DNA of 37,104 nucleotides from NCBI RefSeq assembly GCF_003334315.1, contig NZ_QOWR01000047.1; one strand, 5' to 3'. Of the stretch, positions 19,617-30,491 are shown piece after piece. Each line of letters starts with the position of its first letter. Position 1 is the stretch's first letter. The notes under the pieces were generated by a model. The model saw only the letters and a list, made by a program, of their open reading frames with translations. It made no database searches and was not told the origin of the DNA. A program made the translations under genes and the position numbers. This stretch comes from Escherichia coli. GTDB taxonomy: Bacteria > Pseudomonadota > Gammaproteobacteria > Enterobacterales > Enterobacteriaceae.

Positions 19617-21302
19617 TTGAAGAAGGTTTGGCTTAACCGTTATCCCGCGGACGTTCCGACGGAGATCAACCCTGACCGTTATCAATCTCTGGTAGATATG
19701 TTTGAGCAGTCGGTCGCGCGCTACGCCGATCAACCTGCGTTTGTGAATATGGGGGAGGTAATGACCTTCCGCAAGCTGGAAGAACGCAGTCGCGCGTTTG
19801 CCGCTTATTTGCAACAAGGGTTGGGGCTGAAGAAAGGCGATCGCGTTGCGTTGATGATGCCTAATTTATTGCAATATCCGGTGGCGCTGTTTGGCATTTT
19901 GCGTGCCGGGATGATCGTCGTAAACGTTAACCCGTTGTATACCCCGCGTGAGCTTGAGCATCAGCTTAACGATAGCGGCGCATCGGCGATTGTTATCGTG
20001 TCTAACTTTGCTCACACACTGGAAAAAGTGGTTGATAAAACCGCCGTTCAGCACGTAATTCTGACCCGTATGGGCGATCAGCTATCTACGGCAAAAGGCA
20101 CGGTAGTCAATTTCGTTGTTAAATACATCAAGCGTTTGGTGCCGAAATACCATCTGCCAGATGCCATTTCATTTCGTAGCGCACTGCATAACGGCTACCG
20201 GATGCAGTACGTCAAACCCGAACTGGTGCCGGAAGATTTAGCTTTTCTGCAATACACCGGCGGCACCACTGGTGTGGCGAAAGGCGCGATGCTGACTCAC
20301 CGCAATATGCTGGCGAACCTGGAACAGGTTAACGCGACCTATGGTCCGCTGTTGCATCCGGGCAAAGAGCTGGTGGTGACGGCGCTGCCGCTGTATCACA
20401 TTTTTGCCCTGACCATTAACTGCCTGCTGTTTATCGAACTGGGTGGGCAGAACCTGCTTATCACTAACCCGCGCGATATTCCAGGGTTGGTAAAAGAGTT
20501 AGCGAAATATCCGTTTACCGCTATCACGGGCGTTAACACCTTGTTCAATGCGTTGCTGAACAATAAAGAGTTCCAGCAGCTGGATTTCTCCAGTCTGCAT
20601 CTTTCCGCAGGCGGTGGGATGCCAGTGCAGCAAGTGGTGGCAGAGCGTTGGGTGAAACTGACCGGACAGTATCTGCTGGAAGGCTATGGCCTTACCGAGT
20701 GTGCGCCGCTGGTCAGCGTTAACCCATATGATATTGATTATCATAGTGGTAGCATCGGTTTGCCGGTGCCGTCGACGGAAGCCAAACTGGTGGATGATGA
20801 TGATAATGAAGTACCACCAGGTCAACCGGGTGAGCTTTGTGTCAAAGGACCGCAGGTGATGCTGGGTTACTGGCAGCGTCCCGATGCTACCGATGAAATC
20901 ATCAAAAATGGCTGGTTACACACCGGCGACATCGCGGTAATGGATGAAGAAGGATTCCTGCGCATTGTCGATCGTAAAAAAGACATGATTCTGGTTTCCG
21001 GTTTTAACGTCTATCCCAACGAGATTGAAGATGTCGTCATGCAGCATCCTGGCGTACAGGAAGTCGCGGCTGTTGGCGTACCTTCCGGCTCCAGTGGTGA
21101 AGCGGTGAAAATCTTCGTAGTGAAAAAAGATCCATCGCTTACCGAAGAGTCACTGGTGACTTTTTGCCGCCGTCAGCTCACGGGATACAAAGTACCGAAG
21201 CTGGTGGAGTTTCGTGATGAGTTACCGAAATCTAACGTCGGAAAAATTTTGCGACGAGAATTACGTGACGAAGCGCGCGGCAAAGTGGACAATAAAGCCT
21301 GA
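19617..21302 (+). CDS. fadD: long-chain-fatty-acid--CoA ligase FadD
   Basis: Start placed at in-frame TTG 19617 ([14 protein letters not shown]...) giving 561 aa; AMP-binding motif [12 protein letters not shown]. Confidence 0.93.
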
Positions 21303-21320
21303 GCGTTAAGTCAGTCGTCA

Positions 21321-21347
21321 GACGCCGGTTAATCCGGCGTTTTTTTT
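21321..21347 (+). terminator. intrinsic terminator downstream of fadD
   Basis: ACGCCGG-TTAAT-CCGGCGT hairpin followed by seven T. Confidence 0.6.
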
Positions 21348-21371
21348 GACGCCCACTAAAGAGAAAACAAT

Positions 21372-22499
21372 TTGAATTACCAAATGATTACCACGGACGA
21401 TGCGCTGGCTTCTTTGTGTGAAGCCGTCCGTGCCTTTCCGGCGATAGCCCTGGATACTGAATTTGTTCGTACGCGCACTTATTACCCGCAGCTGGGGTTG
21501 ATTCAACTTTTCGATGGCGAGCATCTGGCGCTAATCGATCCACTCGGGATCACCGACTGGTCACCGCTGAAAGCGATCCTGCGCGATCCGTCCATCACAA
21601 AATTTCTCCATGCAGGCAGTGAAGATCTGGAAGTGTTCCTCAATGTCTTTGGCGAATTACCACAACCCTTGATTGACACGCAAATCCTTGCTGCCTTCTG
21701 CGGACGCCCGATGTCATGGGGTTTCGCTTCCATGGTGGAAGAGTATTCCGGCGTTACGCTGGACAAGAGTGAATCGCGCACCGACTGGCTGGCCAGACCG
21801 CTGACCGAACGTCAGTGTGAATACGCAGCGGCGGATGTCTGGTATCTGTTACCGATCACCGCCAAGCTTATGGTAGAAACGGAGGCCTCCGGCTGGCTAC
21901 CTGCGGCGCTGGATGAATGCCGCCTGATGCAAATGCGTCGTCAGGAAGTCGTTGCGCCGGAAGATGCCTGGCGTGATATCACCAATGCCTGGCAATTACG
22001 CACACGCCAACTGGCCTGTCTGCAACTGTTAGCCGACTGGCGACTGCGCAAGGCGCGAGAGCGCGATCTGGCGGTGAACTTTGTCGTGCGTGAAGAGCAT
22101 TTGTGGTCGGTAGCGCGTTATATGCCGGGAAGTTTAGGCGAACTGGACAGCCTGGGTTTATCCGGTAGCGAAATCCGCTTTCACGGTAAAACGCTGCTAG
22201 CGCTGGTGGAAAAAGCGCAGACATTGCCGGAAGATGCCTTACCGCAGCCGATGCTTAACCTGATGGACATGCCGGGTTATCGTAAAGCGTTTAAAGCGAT
22301 TAAGTCGCTGATTACTGACGTGAGCGAAACGCATAAGATCAGCGCCGAATTGCTGGCATCGCGTCGGCAAATCAACCAACTGCTGAACTGGCACTGGAAA
22401 CTGAAACCGCAGAACAATTTGCCGGAGCTGATTTCCGGCTGGCGTGGTGAGCTGATGGCGGAAGCATTACACAATTTATTGCAGGAATATCCGCAGTAA
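21372..22499 (+). CDS. rnd: ribonuclease D
   Basis: 375 aa beginning at TTG 21372 (MNYQMITTDDALASLCEAVRAFPAIALDTEF...); DEDD-exonuclease ALDTEF motif; rnd is known to use a UUG start. Confidence 0.9.
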   Translation: MNYQMITTDDALASLCEAVRAFPAIALDTEFVRTRTYYPQLGLIQLFDGEHLALIDPLGITDWSPLKAILRDPSITKFLHAGSEDLEVFLNVFGELPQPLIDTQILAAFCGRPMSWGFASMVEEYSGVTLDKSESRTDWLARPLTERQCEYAAADVWYLLPITAKLMVETEASGWLPAALDECRLMQMRRQEVVAPEDAWRDITNAWQLRTRQLACLQLLADWRLRKARERDLAVNFVVREEHLWSVARYMPGSLGELDSLGLSGSEIRFHGKTLLALVEKAQTLPEDALPQPMLNLMDMPGYRKAFKAIKSLITDVSETHKISAELLASRRQINQLLNWHWKLKPQNNLPELISGWRGELMAEALHNLLQEYPQ

Positions 22500-22505
22500 A
22501 ATCTT

Positions 22506-22548
22506 CCGAAGCCGGACTGGGCGCGCTCAGCGCCACATCCGGCTTCGG
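22506..22548. repeat. REP-like palindrome between convergent rnd and yeaX
   Basis: CCGAAGCCGGA ... TCCGGCTTCGG perfect 11-bp arms around a GC-rich loop. Confidence 0.4.
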
Positions 22549-22552
22549 CAAA

Positions 22553-23518
22553 CTACAAATCCAACACCAGGCGTTTACCCTTCGCACGCGAACAACAGAT
22601 CAACATACTTTGCTGGCTGGCACGCTCTTCATCGCTAAAATATTGATCCCGATGGTCAGCTTCACCTTCCAGTATTGCTGTTTCGCAGGTTCCGCATACC
22701 CCTTCACGACATAAACATTCCACTTTCGCGGCTTTATTATTTTCAATAACCTGCAAAATAGTCATCTCTTCCGGCACCACAAACTCTTTTCCGGAACGGG
22801 CAAGCACCAGGGTAAAGGCATCGCCGGTTTTGTCTTCGATAGCAAATTGCTCAAAGTGCAGCGTATCGGCGGCGATGTCCAGACGCGCAGCTTCACTTCT
22901 TACCGCTTCAATTAGCGCCTCGGGGCCACAGGTATAAACGTGTGTGCCAGGTTCGATATCCGCCAATAATCGCGCTAATTCCAGTCGTGTTCCGGTTGAT
23001 GAGTGATGCAAGTGAACTTTCTCAGCCTGCGGATGCTGGACTAGCTCATCACGAAATGCGCAACTTTCTGGATTTCGCGAGCAGTAATGTAGCTGCCAGT
23101 CGACGTCGCTGTGTTGCAGCTCTGCCATGTGCGACAGGAAAGGGGTGATACCAATACCGCCCGCGATAAACAGATGCTTTCTGGCTGAGGGAATTAGCGC
23201 AAACAGGTTATTAGGCGTTGAAATCGTTAACCGATTGCCCACTTTTACCTGCTGATGCAAAAAGCGGGAACCGCCGCGCGAGTTTTCCTCCAGCCGAACG
23301 GCAATCTGATAACAAGAGGTGTCATGCGGCGAACTCAGTAGTGAATACGCATTGCTGTACTGGTTATCACCATCGCTCATCTGCACAATGACGTGACTTC
23401 CTCCGGTAAACGCAGGTAATGGTTTGCCATCGGTTGCCACCAGCGTGAAGCGTTTCACCTGTTCGGTAAGGGGTTCAACCTGGCTCACCTGTACTTCAAA
23501 CATTTGATAGTCTGACAT
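22553..23518 (-). CDS. yeaX: carnitine monooxygenase reductase subunit YeaX (CntB-like)
   Basis: 321 aa; C-terminal plant-type 2Fe-2S ferredoxin motif CREGVCGTCETAILEG. Confidence 0.88.
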   Translation of the reverse strand: MSDYQMFEVQVSQVEPLTEQVKRFTLVATDGKPLPAFTGGSHVIVQMSDGDNQYSNAYSLLSSPHDTSCYQIAVRLEENSRGGSRFLHQQVKVGNRLTISTPNNLFALIPSARKHLFIAGGIGITPFLSHMAELQHSDVDWQLHYCSRNPESCAFRDELVQHPQAEKVHLHHSSTGTRLELARLLADIEPGTHVYTCGPEALIEAVRSEAARLDIAADTLHFEQFAIEDKTGDAFTLVLARSGKEFVVPEEMTILQVIENNKAAKVECLCREGVCGTCETAILEGEADHRDQYFSDEERASQQSMLICCSRAKGKRLVLDL

Positions 23519-23573
23519 TGCTGTACTCCATCAAAAATCAGCCCAGCGGCGGAAAATACCGCCGCCGATGTCA

Positions 23574-24698
23574 TTAGTCCTTAAACACCTGCGCCAGCAG
23601 ATTATGGAAATGGGCGATACCATGTTCGGAAATGCCACTACCGCTACTGTCGGCCATGATGCGCCCCTGACCACGATAGCCACGCGATTTCAGCCCTTTC
23701 TGTACGCTTTCAACCAGACGTAAATCTTCCGGACGGAACACATCGCGATACCACTCAATCAGCGATTTTTGCTCGTCGGTTAACTCTTCATTGGTGAAGT
23801 AAATATCGTAGTTTTGCAGGGTAGTTTCAGAATCCACCGGGAATTCATAAATGACCGTCATCATCCCTTTGATCGGGGTGACGTTCAGCATCGTGCACGG
23901 CCACAGCCAGAAACCGTGGAATGCCGCATCCGTACCCTCTTCAAATTTAAACGACTGTTCGGACGGTTTGGCGAAACCGTATTGCAGCGTCCAGTTACCG
24001 TGCATGGTGTGCCAGTAACGATCAACCTGTACGGAGTCGGAGAAACCTGGATGCGCCGGACCACAGTGATAGCACTCGAGATAGTTATCGACAATGTTCT
24101 TCCAGTTGGCAGGCGTGCGGGTGGTAAAGCGGGCCGCCAGTTTCAGATCGTGGACTTCCGGGCAGGCTTCCAGCACTTTCGCGCCCAGGCCGGGTAATTG
24201 ATCTTCTACGCTGGTGGCGTTGGGGTCCATGTTGATGAAGACGAATCCGGCATATTCTTCCAGACGCACCGGAACCAGTTGCGCTTTGTCGCTATCGAAA
24301 TTGGCGACGTTTTCGCAGTTACGTGCATGGGCCAGGTTGCCATCGAGTTTGAATGCCCATGCGTGATACGGGCAGGTAATCACATTTTTTGCTTTTCCTT
24401 CACCGCTCAACAACTGATGACCACGGTGCGGACACACGTTATAGAACGCGCGCAAAACCTTATCACGACCGCGTACCAGCACGATGCTTTCGCCAATGCT
24501 CTCACGCGTCACATAATCATTGGCATTCGCCAGTTCGCTGCTGTGAGCGACGCAAATCCAGCTTTTGGCGAAGACGTTCTCTTTTTCGTGTTCAAACGCG
24601 TTCTGATCGGTATAAAAACGGGCAGGAATGGTCCACGCCTCTTGCGGGTTAGCGCAAAAATTTTCGGGTAGTACAAAGTCAGGGCTCAGATTGCTCAT
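23574..24698 (-). CDS. yeaW: carnitine monooxygenase oxygenase subunit YeaW (CntA-like, Rieske)
   Basis: Rieske motif CPHRGHQLLSGEGKAKNVITCPYHAW; start at the internal ATG (MSNLSPDFVLPENF..., 374 aa) rather than the 414-aa maximum. Confidence 0.88.
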   Translation of the reverse strand: MSNLSPDFVLPENFCANPQEAWTIPARFYTDQNAFEHEKENVFAKSWICVAHSSELANANDYVTRESIGESIVLVRGRDKVLRAFYNVCPHRGHQLLSGEGKAKNVITCPYHAWAFKLDGNLAHARNCENVANFDSDKAQLVPVRLEEYAGFVFINMDPNATSVEDQLPGLGAKVLEACPEVHDLKLAARFTTRTPANWKNIVDNYLECYHCGPAHPGFSDSVQVDRYWHTMHGNWTLQYGFAKPSEQSFKFEEGTDAAFHGFWLWPCTMLNVTPIKGMMTVIYEFPVDSETTLQNYDIYFTNEELTDEQKSLIEWYRDVFRPEDLRLVESVQKGLKSRGYRGQGRIMADSSGSGISEHGIAHFHNLLAQVFKD

Positions 24699-24729
24699 AG
24701 GGATACCTTTATCGTTAGGATGATGGCGC

Positions 24730-26175
24730 TCAGTTGTCGCCTTTGAATACGGTTCCCGCAGGGAGCACTGGCGTTTTTTCCAGGGCTTCAACCGGTGTCT
24801 GCGGGAGATAATGTTCAACTTGATGAGCCGGAATGTCGGCGTAATCCTGTTTCAGCCAGCGAATAAACCCGCCGACTTTCACCAGTAAAATGACGAGGAA
24901 GGGAAGGGCTGTGAGCACGACGGTGGTTTTCATCGTTTCCAGCGAAGCACCGGTAAACAAGATGGAAAGCGGGATCAGAGTGATCACCACGCACCAGAAA
25001 AGACGCAGCCCACGGTCAGGATCGTCACCTTCCTGGAGATTACGCGTACTGGTCGCCGCCATGGTGTAGGCCACTGCATCCATATGCGAGGCAAGGAAAA
25101 TAATCATCACGCCCAGGTATGCGGCGAGGAACAATTTACCGGCTGGCAACGACATCAGAACTTGCTGTACAGCTGTTTCGCCGCCCAGTGTTTCCAGCAC
25201 CTGTGGGACGTTGATTACGCCATTGATAAACTGATGAATGGCATAGCTTTCCATTACGCCAAAGAAGAACCAGCAACCGACGGTGCTGCCGAGGATCAGT
25301 CCCCAGATAACTTCTTTAATCTTACGACCGCGGGAAACGCGGGTGACAAACATTGCTACGCCAGGGGTGTATGAGATCCACCACAGCCAGTAGAAAACGG
25401 TCCAGTTGCGGGTAAATGAACCATCGCCAAGCGGATCGGTGAATAAGCTCATTTGCAGGAAGTTTTGCGTGGTCAGGCCGATGGCATTGATGATGCTGTT
25501 GGTAATAAATTCGGTTGGGCCGACAATCAGCACCAGTAATGGCAGCAGGAACGCGCCCCAGCCAACCATTTTGCTCAGACGTTGCAAACCGTTGTTGATA
25601 CCAATCCACGAGCTTAGGCAAAAAATGCCGCCGGAAAGCAGGATCACAAATGCCTGCACGGTGAAGTTATCGGGTAAACCGGTCAGCGCGGAAAGCCCAC
25701 GGGTAAAGGTTGCTGCGGTAACAACAAGGGAAATGGTCAGTGCGCCGACAGTGGCGATCAGGAACATCAAATCGACCAGTTTTCCCCATGGGCCTTGCGG
25801 GCGAACGCCGGTAATAGCAGCAATAATGCCGGAAAGGCTCAGACCTTTGTTTTTCCGCACATGAAAGTGATAAGCCATGATTAATGAGGCCAGCGTATAA
25901 GTTGCCCAGGCGCTGATGCCCCAGTGGAAGAAAGAGTAGGGAACGCTAAATTCGAGTGCCTGTTGTGAACGCGGTGCGATATTTAATCCAGGCGTTTGAT
26001 AATAATAGGCCCATTCAGCAACCCCCCAATAAAGCGTAGAAGAACCTAAACCGGCACAAATAAACATAAACAGCCAGGAGAGCGTGCTGTATTCCGGTTT
26101 TCCTTCGCCAAGACGAATATTGCCGTATTTACTGGTGGCTAAATAAATCACCAGTCCCATTGCCAGCAAAACCAA
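24730..26175 (-). CDS. yeaV: BCCT-family transporter YeaV
   Basis: 481 aa; the segment [22 protein letters not shown] aligns with the CaiT/BetT region I recall; the first codon is TTG (plus 26173-26175) with a stop 16 codons upstream. Confidence 0.85.
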
Positions 26176-26319
26176 TACCTGTACGGCGGAACCTAACGTA
26201 CGCGTAACAAAATTTGCATGTTACATAAATTAAACAATTAAGAATACGGAAAGCCATAAAACACGAAACGGAAACAATAAAAGGTGAAATGACGCAGGTT
26301 ATTTACTGCAAAGAACGAA

Positions 26320-26346
26320 TAAAAAAACCGCGTCAGTGACGCGGTT
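26320..26346 (-). terminator. intrinsic terminator downstream of dmlA
   Basis: Minus strand reads ACCGCGT-CACTG-ACGCGGT followed by seven U. Confidence 0.55.
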
Positions 26347-26365
26347 CAAATAAACTGGTTTGACC

Positions 26366-27451
26366 TTAACGCAAAATAATTTTGCAAATCGCGTCGGCAA
26401 CCTGTGGCGTGGTGGCATTGCCTTTCATATCAGGTGTTTTCGGCCCGTGAGCAATCACTTCTTCAATTGCTGCCAGAATACCGTTATGCGCTTGCTGGAA
26501 ACGCTCATCGCCATTGCCGAGAAAATCGAGCATCATTGCCCCGGCCCAAATCGTGGCGATAGGGTTAGCAATATTTTTCCCGTAGATATCCGGCGCGGAA
26601 CCGTGGACAGGCTCGAAGAGCGACGGGAAAGTGCGTTCCGGATTCAGGTTGGCGGATGGGGCAATGCCAATGGTGCCGGTGCAGGCCGGGCCAAGATCGG
26701 AAAGGATATCGCCAAACAAATTGGACGCCACCACCACATCGAATCGTTCCGGCTGCATCACAAAACGCGCGCAGAGAATATCAATATGCTGCTTGTCCCA
26801 GCGGATCTCCGGGTAATTCTCGGCCATTGCTTCCACTCGCTCATCCCAGTACGGCATGCTGATGGCTAAACCGTTCGATTTAGTGGCAGAAGTTAGCGTC
26901 TTACGTGGGCGGCTTTGCGCAAGTTCGAAGGCATAACGCAAAATGCGATCGACACCACGACGCGTAAATACCGATTCCTGAATGACGACTTCATGCTCTG
27001 TACCTTCATTCACTCTACCGCCGAGCGAGGAATATTCGCCTTCGGTGTTTTCCCTGACCACGTAAAAATCGATGTCGCCAGGCTGTTTTCCCGCCAGCGG
27101 GCAGGGAACGCCAGGAAAGAGACGAACCGGGCGCAGGTTGACGTACTGGTCGAATTCACGACGAAATTTCAGCAGCGAACCCCACAACGAAATATGGTCC
27201 GGAACGGTATCCGGCCAGCCGACGGCACCAAAATAGATGGCGTCGAAACGGCTAAGTTGCTCATGCCAGTCGTCCGGCATCATTTTACCGTGATGGCTGT
27301 AATACTCGCAGCTCGCCCACTCCATTTGCTCAAAACTCAAGGCGAAGCCCCAGCGCTCAGCGGCAGCCTGTAACACGCGAATCCCTTCAGGAAGGACTTC
27401 TTTGCCAATCCCGTCTCCCGGGATCGCAGCAATACGCATCGTTTTCATCAT
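26366..27451 (-). CDS. dmlA: D-malate dehydrogenase (decarboxylating) DmlA (YeaU)
   Basis: 361-aa ORF MMKTMRIAAIPGDGIGKEVLPEG..., isocitrate/isopropylmalate dehydrogenase-like N-terminus. Confidence 0.9.
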   Translation of the reverse strand: MMKTMRIAAIPGDGIGKEVLPEGIRVLQAAAERWGFALSFEQMEWASCEYYSHHGKMMPDDWHEQLSRFDAIYFGAVGWPDTVPDHISLWGSLLKFRREFDQYVNLRPVRLFPGVPCPLAGKQPGDIDFYVVRENTEGEYSSLGGRVNEGTEHEVVIQESVFTRRGVDRILRYAFELAQSRPRKTLTSATKSNGLAISMPYWDERVEAMAENYPEIRWDKQHIDILCARFVMQPERFDVVVASNLFGDILSDLGPACTGTIGIAPSANLNPERTFPSLFEPVHGSAPDIYGKNIANPIATIWAGAMMLDFLGNGDERFQQAHNGILAAIEEVIAHGPKTPDMKGNATTPQVADAICKIILR

Positions 27452-27553
27452 TGGGTTCTCACTTCCTGACCATCAAAATTGACAACATCACCATCCTATA
27501 ATTGACTGAAAAGGAATTAATCCCCGTAACTGGTGAAACATAAAACACGAATC

Positions 27554-28477
27554 ATGAATAATTTACCGCTGCTGAATGATTTGCGCGTCTTTATGCTGGT
27601 GGCTCGCCGGGCTGGTTTTGCCGCCGTGGCGGAAGAACTGGGCGTTTCACCGGCGTTCGTCAGCAAGCGCATCGCCTTGCTGGAGCAAACGCTAAACGTG
27701 GTGTTGTTACACCGCACCACCCGCCGCGTCACCATTACCGAAGAAGGAGAGCGGATTTATGAATGGGCGCAGCGGATTTTGCAGGATGTCGGTCAGATGA
27801 TGGACGAACTTTCTGACGTGCGTCAGGTGCCGCAGGGGATGCTGCGTATTATCAGCAGCTTTGGTTTTGGACGACAGGTGGTGGCTCCGGCGTTATCAGC
27901 GCTGGCGAAGGCGTATCCGCAACTGGAATTACGTTTTGATGTGGAAGACCGACTGGTCGATTTGGTCAATGAAGGTGTCGATCTCGATATTCGCATTGGC
28001 GATGACATCGCCCCTAATTTAATCGCCCGCAAACTGGCGACCAATTACCGTATTCTCTGCGCGTCGCCGGAATTTATTGCGCAACATGGCGCGCCGAAAC
28101 ATTTAACCGATCTTTCTGCATTGCCGTGCCTGGTCATTAAAGAGCGCGATCATCCTTTTGGTGTCTGGCAATTACGCAATAAAGAAGGCCCCCATGCGAT
28201 TAAAGTCACCGGCCCACTGTCGTCTAATCATGGAGAAATTGTCCATCAGTGGTGTCTCGATGGGCAGGGGATTGCTCTGCGTTCCTGGTGGGATGTTAGC
28301 GAAAACATTGCCAGTGGTCATTTAGTGCAAGTGCTACCGGAATATTACCAGCCAGCGAACGTCTGGGCCGTTTATGTTTCAAGGCTGGCGACGTCAGCGA
28401 AAGTGCGGATAACGGTAGAATTTTTACGCCAGTATTTTGTCGAGCACTACCCGAATTTTTCACTGGAGCATGCCTGA
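27554..28477 (+). CDS. dmlR: LysR-family regulator DmlR (YeaT)
   Basis: Start at ATG 27554 (MNNLPLLNDLRVFMLVARRAGFAAVAEELGVSPAFVSKRI, an HTH) giving 307 aa; divergent from dmlA. Confidence 0.85.
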   Translation: MNNLPLLNDLRVFMLVARRAGFAAVAEELGVSPAFVSKRIALLEQTLNVVLLHRTTRRVTITEEGERIYEWAQRILQDVGQMMDELSDVRQVPQGMLRIISSFGFGRQVVAPALSALAKAYPQLELRFDVEDRLVDLVNEGVDLDIRIGDDIAPNLIARKLATNYRILCASPEFIAQHGAPKHLTDLSALPCLVIKERDHPFGVWQLRNKEGPHAIKVTGPLSSNHGEIVHQWCLDGQGIALRSWWDVSENIASGHLVQVLPEYYQPANVWAVYVSRLATSAKVRITVEFLRQYFVEHYPNFSLEHA

Positions 28478-28534
28478 TTAATGATTCAATTATCGGGTTG
28501 ATATCAGGTTAAAACCTGATTTTCTCCTTTCTAA

Positions 28535-29242
<708 letters not shown>

Positions 29243-29323
29243 TGCTTTCAGCCCGCGTTGTCGCGGGCTTCCCATCTATAATCCTCCCTGATTCTTCGCT
29301 GATATGGTGCTAAAAAGTAACCA

Positions 29324-29348
29324 ATAAATGGTATTTAAAATGCAAATT
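29324..29348 (+). promoter_or_regulatory. NsrR-operator-like inverted repeat upstream of yeaR-yoaG
   Basis: AAATGGTATTT-A-AAATGCAAATT approximates the 11-1-11 NsrR site as I recall it; yeaR-yoaG is a known NsrR/NarL target in E. coli. Confidence 0.35.
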
Positions 29349-29414
29349 ATCAGGCGTACCCTGAAACGGCTGGAATAAACCGTTTTCAGCGCATTCACCG
29401 AAGGAGGGAAAAGG

Positions 29415-29774
29415 ATGCTTCAAATCCCACAGAATTATATTCATACGCGCTCAACGCCTTTCTGGAATAAACAAACTGCACCTGCCGGAATATTCGAACG
29501 TCATCTTGATAAAGGAACGCGCCCGGGGGTTTACCCACGCCTTTCCGTTATGCATGGGGCGGTCAAATATTTCGGCTACCCTGATGAACACAGTGCAGAG
29601 CCTGATCAGGTGATCCTTATCGAAGCGGGGCAGTTTGCGGTGTTCCCTCCAGAAAAGTGGCACAACATTGAAGCCATGACTGACGATACTTATTTCAACA
29701 TTGACTTCTTCGTGGCTCCTGAAGTCCTGATGGAAGGTGCGCAACAACGGAAAGTCATTCATAACGGGAAATGA
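29415..29774 (+). CDS. yeaR: DUF1971 protein YeaR
   Basis: 119-aa ORF MLQIPQNYIHTRSTPFWNKQTAPAGIFERH... Confidence 0.85.
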   Translation: MLQIPQNYIHTRSTPFWNKQTAPAGIFERHLDKGTRPGVYPRLSVMHGAVKYFGYPDEHSAEPDQVILIEAGQFAVFPPEKWHNIEAMTDDTYFNIDFFVAPEVLMEGAQQRKVIHNGK

Positions 29775-29777
29775 ATC

Positions 29778-29960
29778 ATGGGCAAAGCAACGTATACCGT
29801 GACCGTCACCAATAACAGCAATGGCGTTTCTGTCGATTATGAAACAGAGACGCCGATGACTTTGCTGGTGCCAGAAGTGGCGGCTGAAGTGATAAAAGAT
29901 CTGGTGAATACCGTACGTTCTTATGACACGGAAAACGAACATGATGTTTGTGGTTGGTAA
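29778..29960 (+). CDS. yoaG: DUF1869 small protein YoaG (60 aa)
   Basis: 60-aa ORF starting 3 nt after the yeaR stop. Confidence 0.8.
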   Translation: MGKATYTVTVTNNSNGVSVDYETETPMTLLVPEVAAEVIKDLVNTVRSYDTENEHDVCGW

Positions 29961-30107
29961 TTATCACTGATCGTTGATGGCGCAATTTCTGCGCCATCGC
30001 AAAAAAAACCTCCGTGATGCTCGTCACAAATCTTGCCCTCCCGATGTTGTGCTATGCTTTTTATCAGCGACTAACCCGCTAATGCAAAACAGATAAGTGA
30101 GGAAACA

Positions 30108-30356
30108 ATGGGCATTCTGTCATGGATTATTTTTGGGCTTATTGCCGGTATTCTGGCGAAGTGGATCATGCCAGGTAAAGATGGCGGTGGATTCTTTATG
30201 ACTATCCTGCTGGGGATAGTCGGTGCCGTAGTCGGCGGATGGATCAGCACGCTGTTTGGCTTTGGTAAAGTCGATGGCTTCAATTTTGGCAGCTTCGTGG
30301 TTGCCGTTATTGGTGCGATTGTCGTGCTATTTATCTACAGGAAGATTAAAAGTTAA
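30108..30356 (+). CDS. yeaQ: GlsB/YeaQ/YmgE-family small membrane protein YeaQ
   Basis: 82 aa with Gly-rich TM helices (MGILSWIIFGLIAGILAKWIMPG...). Confidence 0.85.
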   Translation: MGILSWIIFGLIAGILAKWIMPGKDGGGFFMTILLGIVGAVVGGWISTLFGFGKVDGFNFGSFVVAVIGAIVVLFIYRKIKS

Positions 30357-30369
30357 CGCTTAAATTGCA

Positions 30370-30405
30370 CAAAGGCTGCACACAGGCAGCCTTTGCTATT
30401 TTTTA
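30370..30405 (+). terminator. intrinsic terminator downstream of yeaQ
   Basis: CAAAGGCTGC-ACACAG-GCAGCCTTTG stem-loop followed by TATTTTTT. Confidence 0.6.
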
Positions 30406-30414
30406 GAGGTGACG

Positions 30415-30489
30415 TTACCACCATCCCAGCTCAGTGCCGAGTACGACAATAATCGCCACACCCATCATAATAATCGTTGTTTTTTTCAT
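30415..30489 (-). CDS. yoaJ: YoaJ, 24-aa hydrophobic peptide
   Basis: Manual minus-strand translation MKKTTIIMMGVAIIVVLGTELGWW-stop; too short for the ORF track. Confidence 0.7.
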   Translation of the reverse strand: MKKTTIIMMGVAIIVVLGTELGWW

Positions 30490-30491
30490 CT

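Noticed and set aside
26176-26365. Possible frameshifted N-terminal extension of yeaV carrying the missing first TM helix
   Set aside because: The other two upstream minus-strand frames give no BCCT-like sequence, and the 481-aa length matches the K-12 length as I recall it; the region reads as an AT-rich promoter/leader.
29970-30010. Hairpin GATGGCGCA ... TGCGCCATC after yoaG, considered as a terminator
   Set aside because: It is followed by an A-run rather than a T-run on the plus strand, and on the minus strand the T-run precedes the stem, so it is not a canonical intrinsic terminator on either strand.
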